DNA of 63,326 bases, the filler included, from Nemertoderma westbladi (Eukaryota; Animalia; Xenacoelomorpha): the NCBI GenBank assembly GCA_032718475.1. It is 3 parts of 3 records of this genome, joined end to end, with 100 filler letters (N's around TTAATTAATTAA, not from the genome) between each part and the next. Parts side by side here need not be neighbours in the genome. Positions count along the whole stretch, not along the records: positions 1 to 30,401 come from JAUCBJ010002532.1; 2 more parts are not named here. One strand, 5' to 3'. A program made the position numbers and the translations under genes. Every line of letters begins with the position of its first letter. Position 1 is the first letter of the stretch. Shown one piece after another: positions 1-12,739 of the stretch. The notes below the pieces were generated by a model that did not search any database, was not told the DNA's origin, and saw only the letters and a list, made by a program, of their open reading frames with translations.

Positions 1-3000
1 ACTCAAGCTTATCATACGGGTACCAACTGCAGAGTCCCCCCCCCCCCCACACCCCCCCATGTAATTTATATTTCAGACTGTTGAGTGTTGACTGACTGAC
101 TACATTGTGTACCAATACTAAGTTTAGTTGAGTTTAATTTCATCATTTTATTGACTGAGTTATTAGCCTTCAAACATTTGCAGACAGACGGACTACCGAT
201 TCAAATTTTAAATCCACCACCTGTCCAATCATTCTAACTAAATTGGTCGCATATGAAATAAAGGTTTGTTTATTGTTTAGTTAGAAAACACCGCCCCAGA
301 AACCTGCTCTTTTCCATTAATATTTTGAATTAAATTGATTTTTGAAACCGAATAAACACTCGATTAGTTTTTGCGGTTTATAAATCGGTGTTTGTGATAA
401 ATTTTCTTCATTAACTCATAACTCGCCCACCTATACCTATAATTAATAGTTAGTATTTTCTATAAAGACTTTTCCCCTCACGTACCGTACAACGGCAGTC
501 TGAGGCGAGCCACGAAGTAAGGTTAGCCTTACTTCATAAAGATATTGTCGTTTGAACATAATATAATAACTCAGTCACTCCTCGATAAAATTAAACCGAA
601 CTTGGTGCACATATAGTGTAGTCTGTCATTGGCGAAATTTTAGGGCTGTAATTTGCCAGGCACTATTCATTTATTAGAGAGTTCGATTTTGGTGGAATAA
701 AATTAAACAGGAAGTTGTACCGAATCATCCCCCGTGGGGAAATGTAAAGTAACAAAAACTATAGTATATCTTGTGTTTATAATAATTAAGGCGATAAAGG
801 TAATGGATCTGTATGGGTCTATTATCGAGTTCCACCACCGTTTATATTACGTAGGTTTTATTGTTTACGGCAGATAAAACCAGATAGGCGCAATCATTTA
901 CGGATTATTTAAACCGAATTATTAATTTTACGTCTCTGAGTTTTACTTTATACAAATTATTTTCTTGTCCGACTGTGAAATTAAATTTTCGTTGGTATTA
1001 AAGCTATTTACATAAATGTGTGAAAAGTAGCGCATTTCAATGTTATGACCCGAGTTTAATTATACCATATTATAATATGAGGGAGGTTTATATAAATAAA
1101 CAGGGGTCATAAACTGTAAATAGTGCAATTTTCAAACAACAGTGAGGTTGGAGACTCGGAAATTTTACTATGTATTTCCAGTATATCCAGTATGTCACTG
1201 CATCATTAATAGGTTGTTCTAGAAAATTTTAGAGCGTAATTACAAATAATTCTCCACAAATAAATAAAATTAGATTCGTAATTGTTTATAATTAGCACTT
1301 TAAAGCGGAACTACCTACTAATTTACGGTCCTCGTTTGGTTATTTCCCTCACGTACGGTAATGTATCGGTAATTATTTGATATATTTAATAATTTAATGG
1401 GATTTCAAGTTACCGAGCCTTTTGTTTGGCTTGTGTTATGTAAATTTAGGCAGAATTTCCATGTATAAACATATGATCCTCAAAATACAATTTATAGACT
1501 TTTAGGGCATTAACAAGGTAATATTGAATCTTGCTATCTGGGGTTTTTTCACATGCTCTTTCACAAGAAACCAACGAAAACTCGATAAAAATTTCCCAGA
1601 CGCCAGCCTATTAATTGCAGTTACTGTAACAAATATACGGTAAAAAACTAGAAATATTGATTACTTTGCAGCTTTACGAGTATATCACTTGATGCTAATA
1701 AATTGACAATAATAACTATTGTTCGGTAATTAAATTAATTTGCTTAATTTACAGCGAGCGAGGTCAATAAGATAATCGAGGCGAGAAGGTCAATTAAGAG
1801 TTTTATTTCCCGGACAATATCCACTGACATTTGTAATTTTTCTACTTTGTTACGGCACACCTGCCTGCAGTAGAGAATCGAAATCGAGATTTGTAATGTA
1901 TAAGATCCCTGAGTGATAAACAACTGCCACTCATTAAGGGAGCTCAATTATTATCTTCTAACGATATCATTGTGCTTACATCTCTATACTTGACTATCTG
2001 TAACTAACTTTGTGAACTTTGAAATAAATGATTAATTTGTATAATATCAGTGACTCCTATGCATTTATATATAACACTCAAGTCCAAAATCCTGCTTATA
2101 CCGTTACACTATTAATTTATTGTTGACAATACAGTTTATTAATATATAATAATAGTATTTCATTATTAGTGGTCGCAATAAGAGCTGTAAGTTGCTCCTT
2201 TCCCGATATTAAGAATTTAACATACAGGCGAGGCGAGGCGAGATATTAATTCACCGAGATGGGATTTGCGTTTGCCTCCGGAATGATTATCACACGTCAT
2301 TATACAATAAAAAAAACTTTTCGGCTGTTGATTATTTTTACACATTAAACTGCTCGTTTTCTATACATGAAGGCATTCGTAATTTTTTTAATCGTTAATT
2401 TTAATTATATTGCTTTCTTTTATCTAACCTGAGAATGTGTTATGTTGTTGTTAATTAAACACTTATTACGTACGCTAACAATTATTATTTGGCGGTGTCT
2501 CTCTCTCTCCCAATTAGTTACAGTATTTCTCGTTCACCGTGTATTTCATATTCCGGTAAATGAGTTTTATTATGCTTTTATCATAAATACAAATATTGCA
2601 AGTACTTTGCCCGCTGTGTTTGTGGATATTCAATAAATTGATATAAATCTGGCAACTGGCTTAATGCTTCAAATTTGAAATATGTTTTGGATTTTTGTTT
2701 ACATAACTTACCGTAACAAGCCAAGCCTGCCTTTGCGGTATACCTTCACACTTGTAATTCCGTTTTGTTATTTTAATTTTCGTCGTCAACTTAGCGTTGT
2801 TATTATAATTTACCTTAGATACAACAACCACACATACAAAAATTATTCCGGCTTGTAGCAAGCTGGCAGGAACCGTTTTGCTAGTAGGGCCTTCGATGAT
2901 TGCCGGTACTACTGTACACGTCCCTGGCCCCTTCGCGCAGCACGAGACTCGACAAAAGCACCACAGAATAGAACTTTGTAGTCATGTGCGTTATTGATAT

Positions 3001-3634
3001 TTAGCCTTCTAGTATCAGACTGGAAAATTGTAGATTGTTAAAGTTTCATTTCAAAGTCGCAGTCACAGGTTTAGATCTAGCACATATTTGCCAAGTTTCA
3101 CCTCGAAGGGTTTATAAACAACGGAATGGGGGGAGGTTTTTACTTTCACATATCCCCATAGCATTATAGTCTTACAATTATAGTTTACAGTTAGTTACCC
3201 ATTAATCCATTAAATAAATAACATCGCAAATCTTTGAAATGGTTGACCACATCTGGTTCTCCAGCCAAATGTAGGATGTTTGAGTTTATAACTTTATAAT
3301 TTTGTCTCAGGCTGTCCCAGAGTGCACTTAATGGCTTTATAAGGAAATGGTTTAGTAGACTTACTAACGCTGCCGGTTCTTTTTATTTGAATTTTTAATG
3401 CAGGCAACAGCCAATAGGAACAGGGGTGGTGGTTATTTATTACTTATCTTATTTGCCTCATTATTTCCTCCATGTTGTTTTTTTTTTTTATAATGTTTAT
3501 TTATGTTATTTAACGTCATGTTGTGACTTTTAATTTACTTTTAATTATTAATTCTCATTTTTGATTATCTTTCTAAACTTTTGACGGACTCCATACGTAC
3601 GAAGTTTGAATTAAAAAACGTGCAAAATAATTAT

Positions 3635-3715
3635 TGCCGCGGGTAGGATTCGAACCAAAGCGGGAAGATCTCATTGGATTTCTAATCCAACGCCTAACAC
3701 CTCGGCCAATACAGC
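3635..3715 (-). pseudogene. tRNA-Ser(AGA)-like pseudogene or tRNA-derived SINE head
   Basis: Minus strand GCTGTATTGGCCGAGGTGTTAGGCGTTGGATTAGAAATCCAATGAGATCTTCCCGCTTTGGTTCGAATCCTACCCGCGGCA: A-box-like TGGCCGAG, anticodon arm TTGGA-TTAGAAA-TCCAA, long variable arm, B box GGTTCGAATCC. The acceptor stem has mismatches and the D loop is eroded. Confidence 0.65.
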
Positions 3716-4811
3716 TCGAGGTAAAACGTGCATACTGTCATTTTATGGAGGCTGATCTGTTATGTAATTTCGTACTTACCGGTGCACAGTACCTGTACCG
3801 TATCGGTATTTCTTCTGAGTCTCTAGCTGTCTAGCGGCTCCCCATAATTAATTGTCTTAACTTTTTAATTTCGTAAAAGGCAGACTTTATGATTCTTTAC
3901 AAACAACCAAAATTTCAGCTCTGAAAAATGAGGCGTTCCCGAGAAATTTAACATTATTTTTCTTAAAACACATAATAATACATCGTAGCTAACTTTAGAC
4001 AACATGAATATTCACCAAACTGTACAAAGTTTCTAAACTTTCCCTCTACTACCTACTACTTACCTACTAAGATTGGTTCAATTCGAGCCAGCGATGTCGA
4101 GAAATTCGCATTCAAACATTTACCAGACAGACAGACAGTTAGACAGACGGACATGCATAATTTGCCCTATATGAACCGTATGCCAAGGCTCACAGACTAC
4201 GTGTCTCGCCCCACAACCCTCCCTCTCCCCCCTCCCTATCTGTGTATAATAGGATAGCGATAATGTCGTTTTCCACATATCACAATCCCACATAAACGTA
4301 GTCGTATCGTGAGACAATTCTTTTTATTTAGAGGTATTGTATTAGAATGCTTCTACCTGTCTACAGTTCTACGTGACTAAACTAAAATTGAATCATAATA
4401 ATTCGTAATCGTAATCATAACTTTATTTATATGAAAGTCCCCAGATCTGATTAACCTACAGGATACACTTAGACACAGGAGTATCTTCATAATTCTGTAA
4501 TTAATTACGGTATAGTAATTAATTATACCGGTGTGTGTGTATAAATAAGCTTACCAATAGCTTTACTAACATAATAGCCTATCTCTATCACAAATCAGCA
4601 GATCAGTTGTCATCGGACACAGTTATGTATGTGTGACTCTAACTGGTCTAGGCCTAACAACTTATGACTTAAGCTTAAACTGACTTAATCCTATTGCAGT
4701 ATTGGTACTTTGACTTACCGGTATTCAGGTATTGATAATACTTCAGGTACCGGTACTTAATACTGTAATAAAGTCATTGTTTAATTTCCTTTACTGCTTT
4801 GGACTGCGGGT

Positions 4812-6752
4812 ATGTCTGTTATGATACGATTTCTGTCCCGAACCTTTTCCCGCCGAGGCCCTCGGAACAGAAATAAACATGACGTTGATGATGGGCCGCT
4901 TACTGGCCCAAATAAAGTGGTTGAAACAAAGGAGAACCGTCCCAGAGTGTCTGGCAGAAAAGGAGCGAAAGCTAAGAAAAGCACAGACAACAATAAAGTG
5001 ACTGAATCCCATAAGGATTCTAAGAACATCAACATTATGATAGTGACACTGGATGGGGAAGTTCTTAACAAATTCTTCCCCAAAGCCGCTATAGGTTCGG
5101 TTGTATTCGATTGCGTAACAAACGAATTGGACCTTCTAGAATGTGATTATTTCGGTTTGCAGTTTATGGACGCTTTGGGAGTCCCTCATTGGCTGGATAA
5201 AACGAAACCGGTAAAGAAACAGGTTAAAATCGGGCCGCCGTACACGCTGCACTTCCGGGTGAAGTTCTACGCCGCGGACCCCACCTCGCTACAGGAAGAG
5301 TTGACCCGTTACCAGGTCTACCGACAGGTCAGACACGATGTATTGACGGGGAAACTCAAGTGCAGCGACGAGGAGGTCGTGTTGTTGACCTCGTTGGCCG
5401 TCCAATCCGAGTTGGGAGATTACGAGGAGAACGAACCGTCGCACACTGCCGGATTGGTGTCGGAGTTCCGGTTCGTTCCGGGGCAGACGGAGGCCCACGA
5501 GGTGGCCGTGTTCGAGGCGTGGGCCACCCACAAGGGGATGACCCCGGCCATAGCCGAATCCGAATACCTCGAGAAGGCCAAGTGGCTCCCAGAGTACGGC
5601 GTGGACATGCACGATGTGCGGGGTAAGGATGGGGAGCAGTACCATCTGGGGTTGACCCCCACAGGGGTTCTTGTCTACCAAGGGGACAACAAGATCGGAC
5701 TCTTCTTCTGGCCAAAAGTCGATAAGTTGATGTTCGATAAGAAGTTGATGACCATCGAGGTCGCCGAGGACGATAACGAAGTTGGGGACCGGAAGGTTAA
5801 TCATCGGTTCGTCTTCCAGCTGTCCTCCGAGAAGGCCTGTAAACATCTGTGGAAGTGCGCCGTCGAGTTCCACCAGTTCTACCGACTCGGAACAGCTGCG
5901 CCGCCGGAGAAGAGGCCTACCTACTCGGCGTCTAACTTCTTCCGGTTGTCGTCCCGGTTCCGGTACGTGGGTCGGACGGAGGCCCAGACGGTAACCCAGA
6001 CGCGCCCGAGGCAGCAGGTTAGCTTCGATAGGAAGTCCTCTAGTCGCAGTCTCGGGCGGGTCTCACTGCAGACGAGGAACAAGTACAAGTCCACGAGACC
6101 CGTCATTCCCGACTTTAAGGCGGGATCCACTGCGACCCTCCCGGCCACTCTTCCCTCCACCATCCCCTCCAATCCCCCTACCAATCCCACGACCTCCCGG
6201 CATCCCATGGAGACATCCTTCGAGTCCGCCACCCCGATAACTACCGCTCTGCTGCCCGCCACATCCACCCCACTCAGTGGCAACTACAACGACACGTCCC
6301 ATCGCTTAACAGCCCCCGATTCCACCCCCGTTAAACCCTCCGCTCCCCCGGATAACGTGAAACTAAACGCCGTTTCGAATGATAATAACGTTGGTGTTAA
6401 TGATGTGAAGGGCTCCGTGGATAAACCGACGGAGAATCCATCGAAGAACGCTCCTCGGATCCCTGCCTCCACGACCGTCCATACGGCGCCCTCCGACCGC
6501 TCCAAGTCCCTCCCCGTCGCCTCCGTACACCACCCCGCCACCTCCCCCCTCAGTAGTCTAGCCGTCTCCAAGAAGAAGAAACCCGGTCGGTTCGGAAGTC
6601 TGCGCGGCCGCTGGTTCTCCACATCGGGGGAAACTAAACCGCGACCGATTATACCCGCGGTTGTCGCTCCCCCCGCAGCCGTTGTGCCGGTACAGTCCGG
6701 CAGTGAGCACAACAACAACTCCGGCGGCGGTCTGCTAACTACTGACCTATGA
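4812..6752 (+). CDS. EPB41L5: Band 4.1-like FERM + FERM-adjacent protein, Yurt/Moe/EPB41L5(-L4B) orthologue; single coding exon
   Basis: 646-aa ORF with N-terminus MIRFLSRTFSRR, FERM motifs DYFGLQFMD..HWLD..KQVKIGPPYTLHFRVKFY, YGVDMH..LGLTPTGVLV..KIGLFFWPK and KACKHLWKCAVEFHQFYRL, FA motif SRFRYVGRTE, a low-complexity tail and C-terminal PDZ-binding LLTTDL. All match the EPB41L5/Yurt family as I recall it. Confidence 0.9.
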   Translation: MSVMIRFLSRTFSRRGPRNRNKHDVDDGPLTGPNKVVETKENRPRVSGRKGAKAKKSTDNNKVTESHKDSKNINIMIVTLDGEVLNKFFPKAAIGSVVFDCVTNELDLLECDYFGLQFMDALGVPHWLDKTKPVKKQVKIGPPYTLHFRVKFYAADPTSLQEELTRYQVYRQVRHDVLTGKLKCSDEEVVLLTSLAVQSELGDYEENEPSHTAGLVSEFRFVPGQTEAHEVAVFEAWATHKGMTPAIAESEYLEKAKWLPEYGVDMHDVRGKDGEQYHLGLTPTGVLVYQGDNKIGLFFWPKVDKLMFDKKLMTIEVAEDDNEVGDRKVNHRFVFQLSSEKACKHLWKCAVEFHQFYRLGTAAPPEKRPTYSASNFFRLSSRFRYVGRTEAQTVTQTRPRQQVSFDRKSSSRSLGRVSLQTRNKYKSTRPVIPDFKAGSTATLPATLPSTIPSNPPTNPTTSRHPMETSFESATPITTALLPATSTPLSGNYNDTSHRLTAPDSTPVKPSAPPDNVKLNAVSNDNNVGVNDVKGSVDKPTENPSKNAPRIPASTTVHTAPSDRSKSLPVASVHHPATSPLSSLAVSKKKKPGRFGSLRGRWFSTSGETKPRPIIPAVVAPPAAVVPVQSGSEHNNNSGGGLLTTDL

Positions 6753-7342
6753 GTCGGCAGTCGTTCCAATCTGCTCCTACTGAAATATAAGCTGATTTAT
6801 TCTCTTCTTTCTTTATTTTCCATCAATGTCAATGTGCTTACTGAGTGAGTGAGTTCGTTGAGTTTATACAATCAATATTAATATTGCATTACTACAATAA
6901 TAGATTCTCTGAGTTAGTTTCCATTTCCATTTCTAGCTAAATAATGAATAGTACTCCATACGATATGGGGTGAGGTGTTATAGGTAAGCAAAGCAAAGTG
7001 CTCTATTTTCCAAGATATTTTATTTGGTATAGTTTAGAAATATAGTTTAAATTGATAAAGTTAAAAGTTTTCCAGTATCAGTGATTGTAATTCTTTAACT
7101 ATTTGACTTTATTTGTAAGCATTATATTTGATTACTTATTGATAAGAAGATACTTTACGGTAATTTCACTTCAATCTGCCATATTTAATCAGAGGTTTTA
7201 TAAATTGTGAATAATTTTTATTTGTCAAATATTTATAAATGATTATTATAGGTAGCGTTTCCTTTTTTGCTGATTTTATTTTAATGTTTTGGTTGCAGCT
7301 TTATTCACCATTACGTATTCAGTACATTTTTGTACTGGTACT

Positions 7343-9915
7343 CGTGCCTGATCTGTGTCAAGTACTCATCCAACACGCAGACACGTGTCGGATCTGTGTC
7401 AGTACTCATCTAATACGTGCCGGATCTGTGTCAGTACTCATCCAACACGTGTCGGATCTGTGTCAGTACTCATCTAATACGTGCCGGATCTGTGTCAGTA
7501 CTCATCCAACACGTGTCGGATCTGTGTCAGTACTCATCCAACACGTGTCGAATCTGTGTCAGTACTCATCCAATACGTACCGGATCTGTGTCAGTACTCA
7601 TCCAATACGTACCGGATCTGTGTCAGTACTCATCCAATACGTGCCGGATCTGTGTCAGTACTCATCTAATACGTGCCGGATCTGTGTCAGTATTCATCCA
7701 ATACGACAATACATGTCGGATCTTTGTCAGTAATCATCCAACACGTGTCGGATCTGTGTCAGTACTCATCCAATACGACAATACATGTCGGATCTTTGTC
7801 AGTAATCATCCAACACGTGTCGGATCTGTGTCAGTCAGTACTCATCCAACACGTGTCGGATCTGTGTCAGTACTCATCTAATACGTGCCGGATCTGTGTC
7901 AGTACTCATCCAACACGTGTCGGATCTGTGTCAGTACTCATCCAACACGTGTCGAATCTGTGTCAGTACTCATCCAACACGTGTCGGATCTGTGTCAGTA
8001 CTCATCCAATAAGTACCGGATCTGTGTCAGTACTCATCCAACACGTGTCGGATCTGTGTCAGTACTCATCCAACACGTGTCGGATCTGTGTCAGTACTCA
8101 TCCAATACGTACCGGATCTGTGTCAGTACTCATCCAACACGTGTCGGATCTGTGTCAGTACTCATCCAATACGTACCGGATCTGTGTCAGTACTCATCCA
8201 ACACGTGTCGGATCTGTGTCAGTACTCATCCAACACGTGTCGGATCTGTGTCAGTACTCATCCAACACTGTCTTATCTGTGTCAGTACTCATCCAATACG
8301 TGTCGGATCTGTGTCAGTACTCATCCAACACTGTCTTATCTGTGTCAGTACTCATCCAATACGTGTCGGATCTGTGTCAGTACTCATCCAATACGTGCCG
8401 GATCTGTGTCAGTACTCATCCAATACGTACCGGATCTGTGTCAGTACTCATCCAATACGTGTCGGATCTGTGTCAGTACTCATCCAACACGTGTCGGATC
8501 TGTGTCAGTACTCATCCAATACGTACCGGATCTGTGTCAGTACTCATCCAACACTGTCTTATCTGTGTCAGTACTCATCCAATACGTGTCGGATCTGTGT
8601 CAGTACTCATCCAACACTGTCTTATCTGTGTCAGTACTCATCCAATACGTGTCGGATATGTGTCAGTACTCATCCAATACGTGCCGGATCTGTGTCAGTA
8701 CTCATCCAATACGTACCGGATCTGTGTCAGTACTCATCCAATACGTGTCGGATCTGTGTCAGTACTCATCCAACACGTGTCGGATCTGTGTCAGTACTCA
8801 TCCAATACGTGCCGGATCTGTGTCAGTACTCATCCAATACGTACCGGATCTGTGTCAGTACTCATCCAATACGTACCGGATCTGTGTCAGTACTCATCCA
8901 ACACGTGTCGGATCTGTGTCAGTACTCATCCAACACGTGTCGGATCTGTGTCAGTACTCATCCAATACGTTTCGGATCTGTGTCAGTTTCAGTACTCATC
9001 CAATACGTACCGGATCTGTGTCAGTACTCATCCAACACGTGTCGGATCTGTGTCAGTACTCATCCAACACTGTCTTATCTGTGTCAGTACTCATCCAATA
9101 CGTGTCGGATCTGTGTCAGTACTCATCCAACACTGTCTTATCTGTGTCAGTACTCATCCAATACGTGTCGGATCTGTGTCAGTACTCATCCAATACGTGC
9201 CGGATCTGTGTCAGTACTCATCCAATACGTACCGGATCTGTGTCAGTACTCATCCAATACGTGTCGGATCTGTGTCAGTACTCATCCAACACGTGTCGGA
9301 TCTGTGTCAGTACTCATCCAATACGTACCGGATCTGTGTCAGTACTCATCCAACACGTGTCGGATCTGTGTCAGTACTCATCCAATACGTACCGGATCTG
9401 TGTCAGTACTCATCCAACACGTGTCGGATCTGTGTCAGTACTCATCCAATACGTACCGGATCTGTGTCAGTACTCATCCAACACGTGTCGGATCTGTGTC
9501 AGTACTCATCCAACACGTGTCGGATCTGTGTCAGTACTCATCCAATAACAGTACTCATCCAACACGTGTCGGATCTGTGTCAGTACTCATCCAATACGTA
9601 CCGGATCTGTGTCAGTACTCATCCAATACGTACCGGATCTGTGTCAGTACTCATCCAACACGTGTCGGATCTGTGTCAGTACTCATCCAATACGTACCGG
9701 ATCTGTGTCAGTACTCATCCAATACGTGTCGGATCTGTGTCAGTACTCATCCAATACGTGTCGGATCTGTATCAGTACTCATCCAATACGTGCCGGATCT
9801 GTGTCAGTACTCATCCAATACGTGCCGGATCTGTGTCAGTACTCATCCAATACGTGCCGGATCTGTGTCAGTACTCATCCAATACGTGCCGGATCTGTGT
9901 CAGTACTCATCCAAT
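7343..9915. repeat. 32-bp minisatellite, about 80 units (GTACTCATCCAAYACGTRYCGGATCTGTGTCA)
   Basis: Direct tandem units with a few recurrent variants. The long ORFs in all three + frames are artefacts of the repeat. Confidence 0.97.
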
Positions 9916-11888
9916 AGTACATCTATTGTAATTTTATATGTCATAAAAAGTTTAAACTTAATGTTCCCTAGAATCAATCAGAAACTTTCTAATTCAGAAA
10001 GTTGATGTAATCAGTTAAGTAAAGTAAGTTGTATATTTTTATCTATTGCATATTATTAACGCAGTTGTTTGTCATTCCATATATACGATTGTAGTGTTAG
10101 TTTACATTTGTATACCTGTACGTATATAAATGCATAGTTCGTGTTTGTAATGTAGTGTGTTCGATTACCTACTGTAGAGATTTATTGAACTATAATTGTG
10201 GTTGTAAAAGTAAATTAATTAGCTATATAAATGTGATTTTTTATAATTGTTTTATGTAATTTTGTATATTTTGGCCTTCTTTTTAAAAGCGCAGAAGAAT
10301 GTAGATATTTTAATTTCATTTATTATAACCGGAACTTATTCCATTTCAATCGATAGTGCTTCATAGCGGTTGTGTACTCTTGTACTGTCCAGTTCACTAA
10401 GCTACATGAAGTATTAATTATTAACTTTATTTCATTTCTTACGTATGTCAAAATGAGTGCTCTGTCCAATCCATGTTTATCTATTTATTTATTTTTGTCA
10501 GATGAGTGTTCTATATATCCAATCCATATTTACATATTTATTCTATTAAGTAATCTTATTTATTTATTTTTGAAAATTCTTCCCGCTGTAATATAATCAG
10601 ATGCTTTCTCTGTCAACTGCCAATAAATACGTTTATATGCAACATTTATTATTGTTTGTTTATATCTCTCTACCTTAGTTGAAAACTTTGATAACCGCCT
10701 TCCCTTTATTCAGACTATATTTCTCATAAGGTGTTATAATAATTTATTGACTATTTAAATTGGCTACAGGTATAATATAACCAGATCAAGTATATATAGA
10801 GTTTATTGTGCGCACCCGCACATGTATGTGCCCTATAGCTTGTATTTTTGCTTTCGAGCTGATTTTAACAAAGGCTAAAAAACATCCTTGTGAATTCATC
10901 GTTTTTCTTCGCTCTTAAAGTGACCCAATTGACTTAATTTAATACCTCCACCTTTCTTGAAGTACCAAAAAATAAAAGCCGGTCATTATATTTCTCGGTT
11001 CCGTGTCAGAAACAGGAATCTGTGTTTATCGATATAAGCGTTTATTTAAAAGTCAATATTTATTTTTGTTGAACTTTGCGTTATTACACTTTGCGTTCTT
11101 GCATTTTTCATTTTTGCACTTCGTAAGATTGCCGAGCGGGACTCCGTTTTAAAACCCGTCCCTATAGCTCCCTAGGGTTGAGTACTTTAATTTTGTAATG
11201 TGCTGCATTGCATGGTTTTGGACATTTTATTCTCAAATTGAAACATTTTTTTACAACGAACATTGCGCAAAAGAAAATACAGAACAAAAAAAGTTTTGCT
11301 GTTATGAGCTTATTTTCAGTCAGTCAGTTTACCCTGCAGCGTCACCTAGTGAACCCTAGCGCAGATGGAAGTAAGAGATTCAAATGGAAGTTGAGATTCA
11401 GTTTAATTACCGAAAACTAATGTTGTAGCAACTTGGAGAAGGGAAGTAGCTTCCTTGTGTTATAAGCCCCAGTCGTAGCCGACACATGGTAAGCTTCTGT
11501 AAGGTGATCTCAGTTTTGACTATGCCTAAGATCATATTCAAATATTGTAATCATCAACCTAACTGAAAGCTAGGTTTCCTCTAATTATAAAGTCTACACT
11601 ATAAATTTGAAGTACTGTATATCAGGCTTCGTTAAATACCAGTGGAGTAATTTAATGTTTCAAGTTTCATTCCCTTAATTATTACTTACGATTTAATATA
11701 TTATTATGCCTTCCATGTTAAAAGTACACCAAATATTTGCCTTAATTTCTTTAGTGGAGGTATTTGTCAAGATATGTTATGATATTATTTAATTGCTATT
11801 TTATTTATGGTACTTTTTCAATATCTGTTAAAGGAATCACGATATTTTTCGTAAATTATTTTGTCCAAGCAGTAATTCCATCAATTAT

Positions 11889-11955
11889 GATCATGGAAGT
11901 ATGATTCCTTGATCATGGAAGTATGATTCCTTGATCATACATGGAATTATGATTG
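11889..11955. repeat. 22-bp tandem repeat (TGATCATGGAAGTATGATTCCT), about 3 copies
   Basis: Direct repeats visible in the sequence. Confidence 0.75.
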
Positions 11956-12739
11956 CACACTTGTAATTATTATTGTAATTAATTATTATTATTATTATTA
12001 AACGATGATTTTAAGTTCATTATTGCAATATTCGCCATCTTCCTTTGAATTGGTTCCTTCTGTCTGCGCTCTGCAACTAAATTCCACGTTGCAACTATTT
12101 GCCTCCGGGTAATGTCTGCGTCGGCCATCCTGTTTTTGTTGTTAAAGCCCGGTTCGCAGATGCACTTTACTGTGACAGCACTGTGGGTTTGCGTCGCAGG
12201 CTGTTACCGCGAAGTGTATCTGTGAATCGGTCTGCGTTGCCAGTAAATTACCCAGTGATGTTATGTTATGGCTCTTAGCTATTGAACATTACACCAGACA
12301 CACATAAGTTACTTATTGCATTGCATACAGATCAATACGAGATTTTATGTCGCATCTCTGGGGGAAACTAGTATCTGCTGTGCACAACGATTGCATTAAT
12401 AGTTACGAATAGTAATTCGTAAGTTATTAATTAGTAACGATATGTTACGTGGATCAGTAACAAACACCTGTAACGGTAATTTCAACATCATATTGTATCG
12501 TACCGAAGCCCACAACTGCCACACATTCCCCAATCCCACGGCATACCCTCCAAATCCCACGGCATATTTCCAAAACTCACGGCACATTCCCAAAGCCCAC
12601 AGCACATTCCCAAAGCATACGGCTGACCCCCAATTCAATCATACAGTCAGTAAACTTCATTGTAACTTAACAGTTTGAAGTTTATAGTTGACCGGTGGGT
12701 ACTTATATCCACCCCATTATTGTGGACATGTAATAGGAC

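Noticed and set aside
3635-3715. Functional tRNA-Ser gene
   Set aside because: Acceptor and T-stem mismatches and an eroded D loop; kept only as a pseudogene/SINE head.
5289-6769. Antisense and alternative-frame ORFs over Yurt (also over Nup214, IFT46 and the LINE)
   Set aside because: Expected shadows of GC-rich coding sequence with no recognisable motifs.
7343-9915. CRISPR-like array, or 480-750-aa proteins in three frames
   Set aside because: No unique spacers (only a few recurring 8-9-nt variants), no cas genes, eukaryotic context. The ORFs arise because a 32-bp unit lacks + strand stops.
11330-11495. Possible upstream Nup214 exon ending at CATG|GTAAGC
   Set aside because: The required phase has an in-frame stop just upstream and no similarity to the Nup214 propeller.
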